64,000 nt of DNA. It comes from Terriglobia bacterium. GTDB lineage: Bacteria; Acidobacteriota; Terriglobia; Bryobacterales; JACQDG01. Numbering within the stretch: the stretch's first letter is position 1; each line of letters starts with the position of its first letter. Shown one piece after another: positions 24,417 to 34,015 of the stretch. Below the pieces are notes generated by a model. That model saw only the letters and a program-made list of their open reading frames with translations, had not been told where the DNA came from and did not search any database. The position numbers were made by a program, and so were the translations under genes. The stretch is from the NCBI GenBank assembly GCA_041482115.1, contig JBGPDC010000001.1:24296-88295 (forward strand), written 5' to 3'.

Positions 24417-25092
24417 GGTACGCGCGCTGATCTTCGATATGGACGGGGTGCTGATCGATTCGAACCCCTGGCACCGGCGCGTGTGGGCGGAGTTTTGCGA
24501 GCGGCACGGCCTCCCGCTCCCGCCGGATCGGGTAGAGTGGATGTACGGGAAGCGGAACGATGAGATCGTGGACGCTTGGTTTGGCGGGCAGAGGAGCGCG
24601 GCGGAGCGCCTCCGCTTGGGACACGAAAAGGAAGCTTTGTTTCGCGAGCTGCTGCGGGGGCGAGTAATGGATATCGCAGTGCCCGGCCTCCACGACCTGT
24701 TGCGCCGTTACGATTCCTATCCGGCGGCCGTGGCCAGCAACGCCGAGATCGAAAACCTCGAGTTTGTGATCCAGGGCCTGGGACTCGGGGAACGGTTCGG
24801 GGCCGTGGTCAGCGGGGGGGAGGTGCAGCGGCCCAAACCCGATCCGGAGGTCTACCTGGTGGCCGCCCAGCGGCTCGGCGTGGGGCCCGGCGAATGCCTG
24901 GTGTTTGAAGACACGGCCCCGGGCGTCGCGGCCGCCCGCGCGGCCGGCATGCGCGCCGTGGGGCTGAGCACGACGACCCCCGATTTGCCCGGCGCGGAGC
25001 TGGTCGTAGAGGATTTCCGTTCTCTGGCGCTCGAGCCGTTTCTGGCGGCGGCCCTGGCCTCGGCGCCCGTGGCAGAAGGCGGCCAGCCGTGA
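24409..25092 (+). CDS. HAD-superfamily hydrolase (beta-phosphoglucomutase-like, subfamily IA)
   Basis: LIFDMDGVLIDS ... VASNA ... KPDPEVY ... FEDTAPGVAAARAAGM. Confidence 0.85.
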   Translation: MVLVRALIFDMDGVLIDSNPWHRRVWAEFCERHGLPLPPDRVEWMYGKRNDEIVDAWFGGQRSAAERLRLGHEKEALFRELLRGRVMDIAVPGLHDLLRRYDSYPAAVASNAEIENLEFVIQGLGLGERFGAVVSGGEVQRPKPDPEVYLVAAQRLGVGPGECLVFEDTAPGVAAARAAGMRAVGLSTTTPDLPGAELVVEDFRSLALEPFLAAALASAPVAEGGQP

Positions 25093-26801
25093 GTGGACTG
25101 CAGGTGACACTGGCGATCCTGCTTCCGGCGGCGGCGCTGGCCCTGCTGGGCGCCTGGCTGGTGATGTTCCGCCGCCGGAACGAGGCTCAGAAGCGGCTGC
25201 TGCGCAGCCTCTACGGCGTGGCCGAGAGCATGATCTCAGCCGACGAGGCCGCGGCCATTTATCGCCGCATCGTCGAGACGCTGCCCGTTATCCTGCACGC
25301 CTCGCACTGCTACCTGCTGCTCCACAACCGCGTCTCGAAAGAACTCGACGTCCTGGCGGGCACCGACAAATACCCGGTCCAGGCGGTGCCGCTGGACGCC
25401 ACTTCGGGACCGGCGGCGTGCTTCAGCAACCGGGCGCTCGTGGAGGTGCCCGAGGCGGAGCAGTGCCCTTTCCTGGACCCCGCCACGGTGCGGCGCCTGG
25501 GGCAAAAATCGTTGCTATTTATTCCGGTGATCTCGGAAGGCGAGATCTTCGGAGTGCTGGAGGTGGACGACCGCCGGCGGAAGCGGACCTTCACCGAGGA
25601 GCAGAAAGCTTCGGCGCAGCACGTCGCCAACCTGGGCGCGCTGGCCATGAAGCTGTGCGAGCAGCGCCGGATGCGCGAACAGTTATACCGCACGGAGAAG
25701 ATGGCCGCGGTGGGCGAGCTGATCTCGGGGGTGGCCCACGAGCTGAAGGCCCCCTTGGCCTCGCTGCTGGGCCTGTCGGAGCTGGCCCTGGCACGGCACC
25801 CGGCGGGTCTGGCCGGAGCGGACCTGCGTTCGATTCATTCCGAAGCGCGGCAGGCCAGCACCATCCTGCAGCGGCTCATTTCGTTCGCCCGGCCGCAGCG
25901 GCCCGGTCCGAAGCTGGTGGACATCAACAACGTCCTGCGCGCGGTGATCGCGCTGCGGGAGGACAAATGGGAGGCGCGCGGCATCCGGATCCGCCTGCAA
26001 CTCTCGCCGGTGGCCCCACTGGTGGCCAACGACGCGACGCACCTGGAGCAGGTGTTTCTGAACCTGCTGATCAACGCCGAGCGGGCGCTCGAACACTCCC
26101 GGGAGAAGGTCATCACGGTGCGCACGGCGATTCTGGCGAAGCGCATCCTCATCTCGATCAGCGACACCGGCCCCGGCCTCAGCGCGGAGATGCAAAAGCG
26201 GCTGTTTCACCCCTTCTTCGACACGCGCAATCCGAGCGAGACCGCCGGCCTGGGACTGGCCGTGTGCCAAAGCCTCATCGAGGGCCATGGCGGCACGGTG
26301 CAGGTGCGGAGCTCGCAGGGTCACTCGACGACCTTTGAGATCGAGTACCCGCTGGCCGACGGGATGCCGCGGGAGCCGGTGCGCCCGGCCACGGATCGCG
26401 CCGCCGCCGCGCGGACCCAAGCCAATCTCACGGCCCTGGTGATCGACGAGGACCACAAGGTACAGGATTCCCTGCTCAACCTCCTTAGCGACCGCGGCTA
26501 CCGGGTAATCACGGTGGCGAGCGGCGAGGAGGCTCTGGACCTGACCGAGCGCGCCCGCTTCGATCTGGTCCTGTGCGACGTGCGCCTGCACGGCATCAAC
26601 GGCATCGAGCTGTCCCGCCGGCTGAAGAACCGCGTACAGGGTTTTGTCTTCCTCTCCTCCGACGCCTTCAGCGCCGATCTCCAGGAGATGTTCTCGGACC
26701 AGCACCAGGCGGTGCTGGCCAAGCCGTTTACCGCCGCCGACGTGGAACGGCTGCTGAACGAGATTGAGCCGCGGCTGCTGGAAGCGCATGTCCGCGGCTA
26801 G
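25089..26801 (+). CDS. hybrid sensor histidine kinase (TM-GAF-HisKA-HATPase-REC)
   Basis: GTGA overlap with the HAD gene. H-box SGVAHELKAPL. G-boxes DTGPGL and GLGLAV. C-terminal receiver (VLCDVRLHGINGIEL...LAKPF). Confidence 0.9.
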   Translation: MSGLQVTLAILLPAAALALLGAWLVMFRRRNEAQKRLLRSLYGVAESMISADEAAAIYRRIVETLPVILHASHCYLLLHNRVSKELDVLAGTDKYPVQAVPLDATSGPAACFSNRALVEVPEAEQCPFLDPATVRRLGQKSLLFIPVISEGEIFGVLEVDDRRRKRTFTEEQKASAQHVANLGALAMKLCEQRRMREQLYRTEKMAAVGELISGVAHELKAPLASLLGLSELALARHPAGLAGADLRSIHSEARQASTILQRLISFARPQRPGPKLVDINNVLRAVIALREDKWEARGIRIRLQLSPVAPLVANDATHLEQVFLNLLINAERALEHSREKVITVRTAILAKRILISISDTGPGLSAEMQKRLFHPFFDTRNPSETAGLGLAVCQSLIEGHGGTVQVRSSQGHSTTFEIEYPLADGMPREPVRPATDRAAAARTQANLTALVIDEDHKVQDSLLNLLSDRGYRVITVASGEEALDLTERARFDLVLCDVRLHGINGIELSRRLKNRVQGFVFLSSDAFSADLQEMFSDQHQAVLAKPFTAADVERLLNEIEPRLLEAHVRG

Positions 26802-27150
26802 ACGCGCGGCCCCGCGCCCGGGCTCGAGCGGCTCGCGGGCGGGAGCCAGCGGCTACTTCGCCCGGGTGTGGAGGGTGGTGCGGCGCATTCCACGCGGGCG
26901 CGTGGCCACCTATGGGGCCATCGCCCGCGCCGCCGGCTCGCCCGGCACGGCGCGCCAGGTGGCGTGGGCCTTGCGCGGCGCGCCCCGCCCCGCGCAACTG
27001 CCCTGGCACCGGGTGCTGGGCGCCGGGGGACGCCTCCTGCTCGGCGGGCCGGCCGCCCTGGAGCAGCGGCTGCGCCTGGAGGCGGAAGGCGTCGCTTTCG
27101 CCGGGGGGCGTGTCCGGATGGACCGCCATGAGTATAAAATACGGTCATGA
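26788..27150 (+). CDS. alkyltransferase-like (ATL) protein, MGMT-family DNA-binding domain without acceptor Cys
   Basis: VPRGRVATYGAIA...PWHRVL, where PWHRV replaces the PCHRV active site. Start ATG 26788 overlaps the kinase end by 14 nt. Confidence 0.7.
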   Translation: MSAARRAAPRPGSSGSRAGASGYFARVWRVVRRIPRGRVATYGAIARAAGSPGTARQVAWALRGAPRPAQLPWHRVLGAGGRLLLGGPAALEQRLRLEAEGVAFAGGRVRMDRHEYKIRS

Positions 27151-27638
27151 AACTGGTGCTGCTGGCGGCTGTGGCGTTCGCTGCGGGGACCGCCGCGGGG
27201 CAGCCTGTCAACAAGAAAACCGGATTGCCCGACCCGCCGAAGCCGGACTTGCCCTACATCATTCACGCCAGCTCGCTCGTCGCGACCGAGCGCAACGAAG
27301 CCAAAGAGGAAACCCGTAAGGACGAGACGATCTACGCCGTGGGCGGGGCTTCGTCAGGCGCGCGCACGCCGCTGGCCAGTCCGGAGTTTTTGCTGCAGAC
27401 CGAGAGCGTGCCCCCGGACCGCCTGCAACTCTTCAAGCTCGAGGTGCGCGGGGGCCGGCGGGAGGTGGTGGTGACGCGCAAGAAGAAGCCGGTCGCGAAG
27501 CCTCTACGGGTTTCCGTCTTTCAGGTCGATCAAAAACTGAAACTGTTCCGCATCCGGGTGGACGAAAGCCTGACGGCGGGAGAGTATTGCCTGTCGCCCG
27601 AAGGCTCGAATACGATCTTCGGTTTTACGATAGAGTGA
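27147..27638 (+). CDS. secreted hypothetical protein
   Basis: ATGA overlap with the upstream gene. Signal peptide MKLVLLAAVAFAAGTAAG. No family recognised. Confidence 0.5.
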   Translation: MKLVLLAAVAFAAGTAAGQPVNKKTGLPDPPKPDLPYIIHASSLVATERNEAKEETRKDETIYAVGGASSGARTPLASPEFLLQTESVPPDRLQLFKLEVRGGRREVVVTRKKKPVAKPLRVSVFQVDQKLKLFRIRVDESLTAGEYCLSPEGSNTIFGFTIE

Positions 27639-27677
27639 GCGGAGCCGCCTAGTCTGCCACGATAGGAAACGGAGTCT

Positions 27678-30299
27678 ATGACCTTCTTACGAACTGCAGT
27701 TTGCCTGCTGCTTCTCGGCCAGGCGGCCCTGGCCCAGAGGCTGATCTCCGGCGTGCCATTTCGCTTCACGATTCCCGCCCAGTCCCAGGCGGCCACCGTG
27801 ACCGGTTTGAGCGTGGTGGTCCCGCCGGGCTCAATCCGGCTCACTATCGACCTGAAAGCCGACGTGCCGTCGAACACCCTCTTTTTGTGGGCCCGCTTCG
27901 ACCGTGAGATCACCGTCGATGGCGGCCTGGTGACGGCCTCCGATTACAGCGCCCAGGTGCAAGGCAGCGGAACCCAGCAACTGGTCATAACCCCGGCCAA
28001 CGACGTGCCGCTGCAGACCGGCACTTACCACCTCGCCATCGGAGTAGCGACCTTCAACAGCCCCATCTCGGGCACTCTGACCGCCACGGTGCAGGGCGGC
28101 GGCACGGGCGGCACGTTCGTCATCTCTACCTTCGAAAGGGACAGCGAAGACTGGGGCCGGAACTACCCCGGCTCCCTGCTGCCGGGCGCCAGCCCGGGCG
28201 GCGACCAGACCTCGGCGCTCGTCCGCAGCAACACGGGCGGCGCCCCGGGGGGGTATTTGCAGATGACCGATGACGGCGGTCCCTTCCAGGCCGACAACCA
28301 GGACTTTGCCGTGGCCCCTGGGAAGTTCCTCGGCAACCTGGGGGCCCTGCCTAACGCCCGCCTCGATTTTGACTACCAGCGTTTCGTAGGCCCCCCGGCG
28401 ACATTTCCGCTGCGCCTGGTCGTCATCGGCACCGACTCCGCCTTCCAGTGGGTGAGCAGCGACCCGCCGGAGGGGGGGTGGAATCACTTCCGCATCGACC
28501 TCAACACCAACACCCTGAAGCGCGCCGCCGGCACGGCGCCACTGGGGACGGTCCTCTCCAACGTGCAGCGCATCGAGCTCAGCATGGACCAGGCTTTTGG
28601 CGGTATGCGGGAAGTTAACGGCCTCGACAACTTTGCGCTTAGCAGCGACCTGCCTCCGCCTCCGCCCGCGACGCAGCCCGTTCCGGCCGTCCCGGTCCTC
28701 TCGACCTTCGACAACGGCTGCGACGACTGGACCCGCAACTACCCGCCCGCCGGAATTCCGGGCTCCACCGTGGGTGATGGCGGTTCCAATGTGAGCTGTC
28801 CGCTGGGACAAGGCAAGTCCGGTGGCAGTCTCGATGGCGGTCTCGTTTTGGCCGAGGCCGGCGGCGACGCGGATGATTACTTCGTCGCGCCGGCCAAGTT
28901 TTTGGGCAATATCGGCGCCATCCCCTTTCCGCGCCTGGAGTTCGATTACCGGCACATTCCTCTGAACGGGCCGGGGGGGGTCGCGAGCCTGGTGGTGCGG
29001 CTGCTCGGCGCCGGGAGCTCCTACATCTGGCAAGGCGCCCCCCCAGGCGCGCTAGGACAGTGGCAGCACTTCGCGGTGCCCTTGGGCCAGGCCTTCTTCA
29101 TCCGGGAGTCGGGCACCGCCACCTTCGCGCAGGTGCTGGCCGCTGTGACACGCCTGGAGATCAGCGCCGACCAAATAGAGACCGCCGAGACCGACGTGCT
29201 GGATAACGTGCGGTTGTTCAGCGCCGCGGCACCGCCCGTGCAGCCTCAACTGCAATTCTCTCCGGCGATCCTGACCTTCACCGCCCCGGGGGACGGCTCC
29301 TCTCCCGCGCCGCAGTCTTTGCGGATCACCTCGAGCGGCGATTCAAGCTCCGACGCCGGAGGCCCGCTGAACTGGACCGCACAGCTCGATCCGAACGCCC
29401 CCTGGCTGACCCTGTCACAGACGACCGGGATTACTCCCACCGTCATCACGGTCACGGCCAACGCGGCTGGCCTGGCCGCGCGCACCTACAGCGCCGTCCT
29501 GACGGTGACGGCCATCGGCGCCAGCAACTCGCCCCAAAGCTTTACGATCAGCCTGACCGTGCTGCCTCCCCCGACGGCGCAGCCGCGCCTGGACGGCGTC
29601 GTGAACGCCGCCAGCTTCCGCGGACCGCTCGCGGCGGGCACGCTCGCCAGCGCCTTTGGCATTAACTTTGGCGGCACGGCCGCGGGCGAGAGCACCGGCT
29701 TCCTGCCCAACACCACAGACTTGCCGCGCATCTTCCGCGGCGTCCGCGTGGTGCTGCGCGACGGGGGAACCGAGCTGGGCAGTTGCCCCCTCCTGTTTCT
29801 CAAAAACGACCAGATCAACTTTCAGTTGAACTACGAGGTGGCCAGCCGCTCCGCGGTGCAGATCGTGGTGGAGAACAACGGGGTGCAGAGCGCGCCCCTG
29901 ACGGTGACCCTGGCGTCGAACGCACCGGGACTCTTCACCTACGGATCGAATAACCACGCCGCGGTACAGAACCAGGACTATTCGCTCAACGGATCGAACA
30001 ACGCGGCCCTGCGCGGGAGTACCATCATCGCCTATCTGACCGGGCCAGGGGTCGTGGCGCCGGACGTGGCCACGGGCCACGCCGCTCCCAACAGCCCGCT
30101 CTCGTCCGTCCCGAGCTCGTCCTCGGCGACGATCGGCGGAGTGGGCGCGCGAGTGGCCTTCCTGGGACTTACGCCGGGCTTCGTCGGCCTGGTGCAGGCC
30201 AACATCGAGGTGGCGGCCGGCACACCGATTGGCGAGCAGTTGCTCTTCCTCTCGGTCGGCAGCCAGTCCGCCAACGCCGCGATCGTCTCGATCAAGTGA
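27678..30299 (+). CDS. large secreted multidomain protein (PPC-like, 2x duplicated ~175-aa domain, BACON-like, TIGR03437-type C-terminal domain)
   Basis: Signal peptide MTFLRTAVCLLLLGQAALA. An internal duplication covers aa ~147-322 and ~339-515. The C-terminus (VVNAASF...QINFQL...PGLF...GLTPGFVGLVQANIEV) matches the Solibacter-type C-terminal domain pattern. Confidence 0.8.
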   Translation: MTFLRTAVCLLLLGQAALAQRLISGVPFRFTIPAQSQAATVTGLSVVVPPGSIRLTIDLKADVPSNTLFLWARFDREITVDGGLVTASDYSAQVQGSGTQQLVITPANDVPLQTGTYHLAIGVATFNSPISGTLTATVQGGGTGGTFVISTFERDSEDWGRNYPGSLLPGASPGGDQTSALVRSNTGGAPGGYLQMTDDGGPFQADNQDFAVAPGKFLGNLGALPNARLDFDYQRFVGPPATFPLRLVVIGTDSAFQWVSSDPPEGGWNHFRIDLNTNTLKRAAGTAPLGTVLSNVQRIELSMDQAFGGMREVNGLDNFALSSDLPPPPPATQPVPAVPVLSTFDNGCDDWTRNYPPAGIPGSTVGDGGSNVSCPLGQGKSGGSLDGGLVLAEAGGDADDYFVAPAKFLGNIGAIPFPRLEFDYRHIPLNGPGGVASLVVRLLGAGSSYIWQGAPPGALGQWQHFAVPLGQAFFIRESGTATFAQVLAAVTRLEISADQIETAETDVLDNVRLFSAAAPPVQPQLQFSPAILTFTAPGDGSSPAPQSLRITSSGDSSSDAGGPLNWTAQLDPNAPWLTLSQTTGITPTVITVTANAAGLAARTYSAVLTVTAIGASNSPQSFTISLTVLPPPTAQPRLDGVVNAASFRGPLAAGTLASAFGINFGGTAAGESTGFLPNTTDLPRIFRGVRVVLRDGGTELGSCPLLFLKNDQINFQLNYEVASRSAVQIVVENNGVQSAPLTVTLASNAPGLFTYGSNNHAAVQNQDYSLNGSNNAALRGSTIIAYLTGPGVVAPDVATGHAAPNSPLSSVPSSSSATIGGVGARVAFLGLTPGFVGLVQANIEVAAGTPIGEQLLFLSVGSQSANAAIVSIK

Positions 30300-30329
30300 C
30301 CACCGTGCGACAATGAATAATCGAGTTGC

Positions 30330-31814
30330 ATGCCTTCCCCTGAGGTCGTCATCATTGGCGCCGGCCCGGCCGGGCTGACCGCCGCCTACGAATTGTCTAA
30401 AGCGGGCGTGCCTTCGACGGTGCTCGAGAAAGACACCGTGGTCGGGGGCATCGCCCGCACCGTCAATTACAAGGGCTACCGCTTCGACATCGGCGGGCAC
30501 CGCTTTTTCACCAAGGTTACGCTGGTCAACCAGTTGTGGAAGGAGGTGCTCGGCAACGATCTCATCCGCCGCTCGCGCCTCTCGCGCATTTACTACCACG
30601 GCAAGTTTTTCTACTACCCGCTGCGGGCCTTTAACGCCCTGTTCAACCTGGGAATTTGGGAGACCTGCCGCTGCGTCGCGAGCTACGGCTGGGCGAAGCT
30701 GTTCCCGAAGAAGCCCGAGGACGATGTCGCCACCTGGATTACGAACCGCTTCGGCAAGCGCTTGTTCGAGATCTTCTTCAAGACTTACACCGAGAAGGTC
30801 TGGGGCATCCCCTGCACCGAGATTCAGGCGGAGTGGGCCGCCCAGCGCATCAAGGGTCTTTCGTTCTTTTCCGCCATCAAGAACGCCCTCTTCGGCGAGC
30901 TGGGGAAGAGCAAGGACGAGATCATCAAGACTCTCATCGACGAGTTCGAGTATCCCCGCCACGGGCCGGGCATGATGTGGGAGCGCACCAAGGAGATCCT
31001 CGAGCAGCGGGGCACCCGCGTGGTCTTTGAAGCCCCCGTGGACCGCATCTACTGGCGCGAGGGCGCGGTCGAAGCTGTGGAAGCCGGGGGAAACGTTTAC
31101 CCGCTCACGCACCTGATCAGCAGCATGCCGGTCCGCGAGCTGATCGAGAAGCTAACGCCGGCCGCGCCCGACGAGCTGCTGCGCGCCGCGCAGGACCTCC
31201 ACTACCGGGACTTCCTCACCGTCGCCCTGGTGGTGAAGAAGACGGACCTGTTCCCCGACAACTGGATCTACGTTCACGACAAGAACGTCCAGCTCGGCCG
31301 GATCCAGAACTTCAACAACTGGAGTCCCGAGATGGTGCCCGATCCGGCGACGACGTGCCTCGGCCTCGAGTATTTCTGCTTCGAAGGGGACGGCCTGTGG
31401 ACCACGCCCGATGCGGACCTGATCGAGCTGGGCAAGCGCGAGCTCGGCCAGTTGGGCCTCGTGAACCCGGCCGACGTGATCGACGGCGCGGTGGTGCGGA
31501 TGCAGAAGGCCTACCCGGTCTACGACGGCGGCTACGAGGGCGCCATGGTTAAGGTGCGCCAGTTCCTGAAGCGCGTCCCCAACCTGCAACTGGCCGGCCG
31601 CAACGGCATGCACCGCTACAACAACCAGGACCACTCCATGCTCACCGCGGTGCTGGCCGCCCGCAACATCCTGGGCGGCCACTACGACCTCTGGCAGGTG
31701 AACGTCGAGCAGGAGTACCACGAAGAGGGCGGCGAAATCGCGGTCGAGGATATGCAGAAGATCGAGGAGACGCAGCCGCTGGTACCCCAGCGGCGGACGC
31801 CCGCCGGGGAGTAG
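30330..31814 (+). CDS. FAD/NAD(P)-binding oxidoreductase (amine-oxidase/UDP-galactopyranose-mutase-like)
   Basis: VVIIGAGPAGLTAAYEL...GGIART...GGHRFF dinucleotide-binding N-terminus. 494 aa. Confidence 0.8.
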   Translation: MPSPEVVIIGAGPAGLTAAYELSKAGVPSTVLEKDTVVGGIARTVNYKGYRFDIGGHRFFTKVTLVNQLWKEVLGNDLIRRSRLSRIYYHGKFFYYPLRAFNALFNLGIWETCRCVASYGWAKLFPKKPEDDVATWITNRFGKRLFEIFFKTYTEKVWGIPCTEIQAEWAAQRIKGLSFFSAIKNALFGELGKSKDEIIKTLIDEFEYPRHGPGMMWERTKEILEQRGTRVVFEAPVDRIYWREGAVEAVEAGGNVYPLTHLISSMPVRELIEKLTPAAPDELLRAAQDLHYRDFLTVALVVKKTDLFPDNWIYVHDKNVQLGRIQNFNNWSPEMVPDPATTCLGLEYFCFEGDGLWTTPDADLIELGKRELGQLGLVNPADVIDGAVVRMQKAYPVYDGGYEGAMVKVRQFLKRVPNLQLAGRNGMHRYNNQDHSMLTAVLAARNILGGHYDLWQVNVEQEYHEEGGEIAVEDMQKIEETQPLVPQRRTPAGE

Positions 31815-32037
31815 GAGGCGCTTTGCGCCTGCACCGGCTTTTCACCTTGGCGCTTGTTGCCGCACGGTGCTTATCTGCGCAGGATCTTCATTTCGGGGTC
31901 AAGGGCGGCGTGCCTGTCACGCAGTACTTCGATACCGGACAAGCTGGGAACCTGCGTTTGGCGCCGAATCAGGCGGAGGTGCTGGTGGGATTGTTGTTCT
32001 AATGCCAAATGGCAGCCTCTGATAAACTTGTACGCAG

Positions 32038-32340
32038 ATGCCAGCACCTCTGTCACAAGTTGTTCAAACCCTGCGGCAAAACGAGGTCGAACTCCATCGC
32101 CGCGGGGTGCGTCATGCGGCTGTATTTGGCTCCGTAGTCCGCGGGGAAGCCCGGGCGGCCAGCGACATCGACATCCTGATAGACCTTGACCCGGAGCGTC
32201 CGATGGGCATTTTTGAGTACGCGAGGCTCAAGCTCTACGTTGGTCAAATGTTGGGCGGAGCGGCGGATGTAGTAAATCGAAAGACTCTAAAGCCTCTCCT
32301 GCGCGACAATATTTTGCGCGAAGCCGTGAATGTATTCTAA
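32038..32340 (+). CDS. MNT-type nucleotidyltransferase antitoxin (HepT/MNT type VII TA)
   Basis: FGSVVRGEARAASDIDILIDLD is the GSxxRG...DxD minimal nucleotidyltransferase motif. Confidence 0.85.
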   Translation: MPAPLSQVVQTLRQNEVELHRRGVRHAAVFGSVVRGEARAASDIDILIDLDPERPMGIFEYARLKLYVGQMLGGAADVVNRKTLKPLLRDNILREAVNVF

Positions 32341-32686
32341 GAATCCGTCACAGCGGCTTACGGACATCGTCGATAGCATCGAAGCAATCACCCGGTTCAC
32401 GGCCGGCATGACGTTCGAACGGTTCACGCTCGATCGGAAAACAGTCTACGCTGTCACGAGGGCGTTAGAAATCATATCCGAGGCGTCACGACGACTCCCG
32501 GAGGAATTGAAACAGCGCCACTCACAAATCGACTGGATTGGGATAGCTGCCGCTGGAAACGTCTATCGGCACGAGTGTGAGGTGGTGGATGATGCTCTGG
32601 TCTGGCAAACAGTTCAGAACGACTTGCGGTCGCTGAGCGATGCAGCCCGAACGGAATTGCAGCGCCTGTCCGGGGAGAGTGGTTGA
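32330..32686 (+). CDS. hepT: HepT-like (DUF86, HEPN) toxin
   Basis: 11-nt overlap with the MNT gene. LTDIVDSIEAI...NVYRHECEVVDDALVW contains the Rx4H HEPN motif. Confidence 0.85.
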   Translation: MYSKNPSQRLTDIVDSIEAITRFTAGMTFERFTLDRKTVYAVTRALEIISEASRRLPEELKQRHSQIDWIGIAAAGNVYRHECEVVDDALVWQTVQNDLRSLSDAARTELQRLSGESG

Positions 32687-32688
32687 CC

Positions 32689-33933
32689 TCACCCTTCCAG
32701 CGCCGCCTCGAAATCCGTCAGGAGATCTCGCCAGTCCTCGACTCCGACCGACACCCGCACCATCGCCTCGGTGATTCCCGCCGCGGCCGTTTCTTCCGGG
32801 GAAAATTCTGAATGCGTCGTCGTCAGCGGATGGCAGGCGAGCGTCTCCACACCCCCCAGGCTTACGGCGTTGCGCGCGATGCGCAGCCGCCGCAGGAAGT
32901 CGAAGGCCGCCGCGCGTCCGCCTTTCAGCTCCAGCGTGAAGATGGCCCCGGGGAACCGGCACTGCCGCTCGCGGATGGCGATCTGGCATTTATCCTGGAA
33001 GAGGCTCGGGTAGTGTACGCATGCGACGCGCGGGTGGTCCGCCAGCCGCTCGGCGATGCGCTGCGCGTTTTTGCTCTGGCGGTTCATCCGCAGCGTTACG
33101 GTCGGCAAGCGGCTGTCGAGCAGCCAGCACTCGTCCGGCTGCAGGATGTTGCCGAGCATGGCGCGCGCCCCGCGCAGCCGCGCGATCAAGTCGGGATCTC
33201 GCGCGAGCGCCATGCCGCCCAGCATGTCGCTGAAGCCTGCGAGGTACTTGGTCGCGGAATACACCACCAGGTCGGCCCCGAGCTGCAACGGATGCTGGAA
33301 CGCCGGCCCGAGCAGAGTATTGTCCACTACCACCAGCGGACGGTCCGGATGCCGGCTCGCCGCCGTGGCCGCCGCCTCAATGTCGGTCATCCGCAGCGTG
33401 GGGTTCGCCGGCGTCTCGATGAACACCACGTGGAGCTGCTTCGCTTGGGCGATGGCGCGCTCGAGGCCCGCCGTATCTCCGGCCGCTACCGGAATGCCGC
33501 GCATCCCGAACGGCTCCAGCATCTGGTGGATCAGATATTGCGTACCGCCGTAGAGTGGCGTCGTATAGACAAACGAGGTGTTCGGTCCGCCCAGGGTGAG
33601 AAACACGGTGGAGATCACCGCCATGCCGGAGTTGAAGACCGCGGCGGCCTCCGCGCCGGGCTCGAGCGGCACAATCTGGTCCTCCAGGATCTCGGCGTTG
33701 GGATGCGAAAGGCGTGAATAGATCAGTTCCACGTTCTCGCCCGGCTCGGGCTGGGCCTTACCGAGCGCGATGTCGAAGGAGCGGACCGCCGCTTCGGGGC
33801 TCGAAAACACGTAGGTCGAGGACCGGAACACCGCAGGGCGCGCCGAACCGACCGAGAGCCGCGGGTCGAAGCCGCGGGTCAGGATGGCGGTCCTCGGGCG
33901 GACCAGGTAAGGGGATTCAACGGGACGTTTCAT
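32689..33933 (-). CDS. PLP-dependent Cys/Met-metabolism enzyme (cystathionine gamma-synthase / methionine gamma-lyase family)
   Basis: YSATKYLAGFSDMLGG (PLP lysine motif). VDNTLLGPAFQHPL. 414 aa. Confidence 0.85.
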   Translation of the reverse strand: MKRPVESPYLVRPRTAILTRGFDPRLSVGSARPAVFRSSTYVFSSPEAAVRSFDIALGKAQPEPGENVELIYSRLSHPNAEILEDQIVPLEPGAEAAAVFNSGMAVISTVFLTLGGPNTSFVYTTPLYGGTQYLIHQMLEPFGMRGIPVAAGDTAGLERAIAQAKQLHVVFIETPANPTLRMTDIEAAATAASRHPDRPLVVVDNTLLGPAFQHPLQLGADLVVYSATKYLAGFSDMLGGMALARDPDLIARLRGARAMLGNILQPDECWLLDSRLPTVTLRMNRQSKNAQRIAERLADHPRVACVHYPSLFQDKCQIAIRERQCRFPGAIFTLELKGGRAAAFDFLRRLRIARNAVSLGGVETLACHPLTTTHSEFSPEETAAAGITEAMVRVSVGVEDWRDLLTDFEAALEG

Positions 33934-34015
33934 GGCAGGCCTCCCAAACGGGGGTCAGAGTCCCTACACTCTTCATTGTAGCCCCCGGTTCCGGCCGGGC
34001 GGCCCGGAGGCTTCC

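Noticed and set aside
31871-32056. 61-aa minus-strand ORF upstream of the MNT gene
   Set aside because: It is short, has no RBS or family resemblance, and overlaps the MNT start. It is more likely non-coding or a gene fragment.
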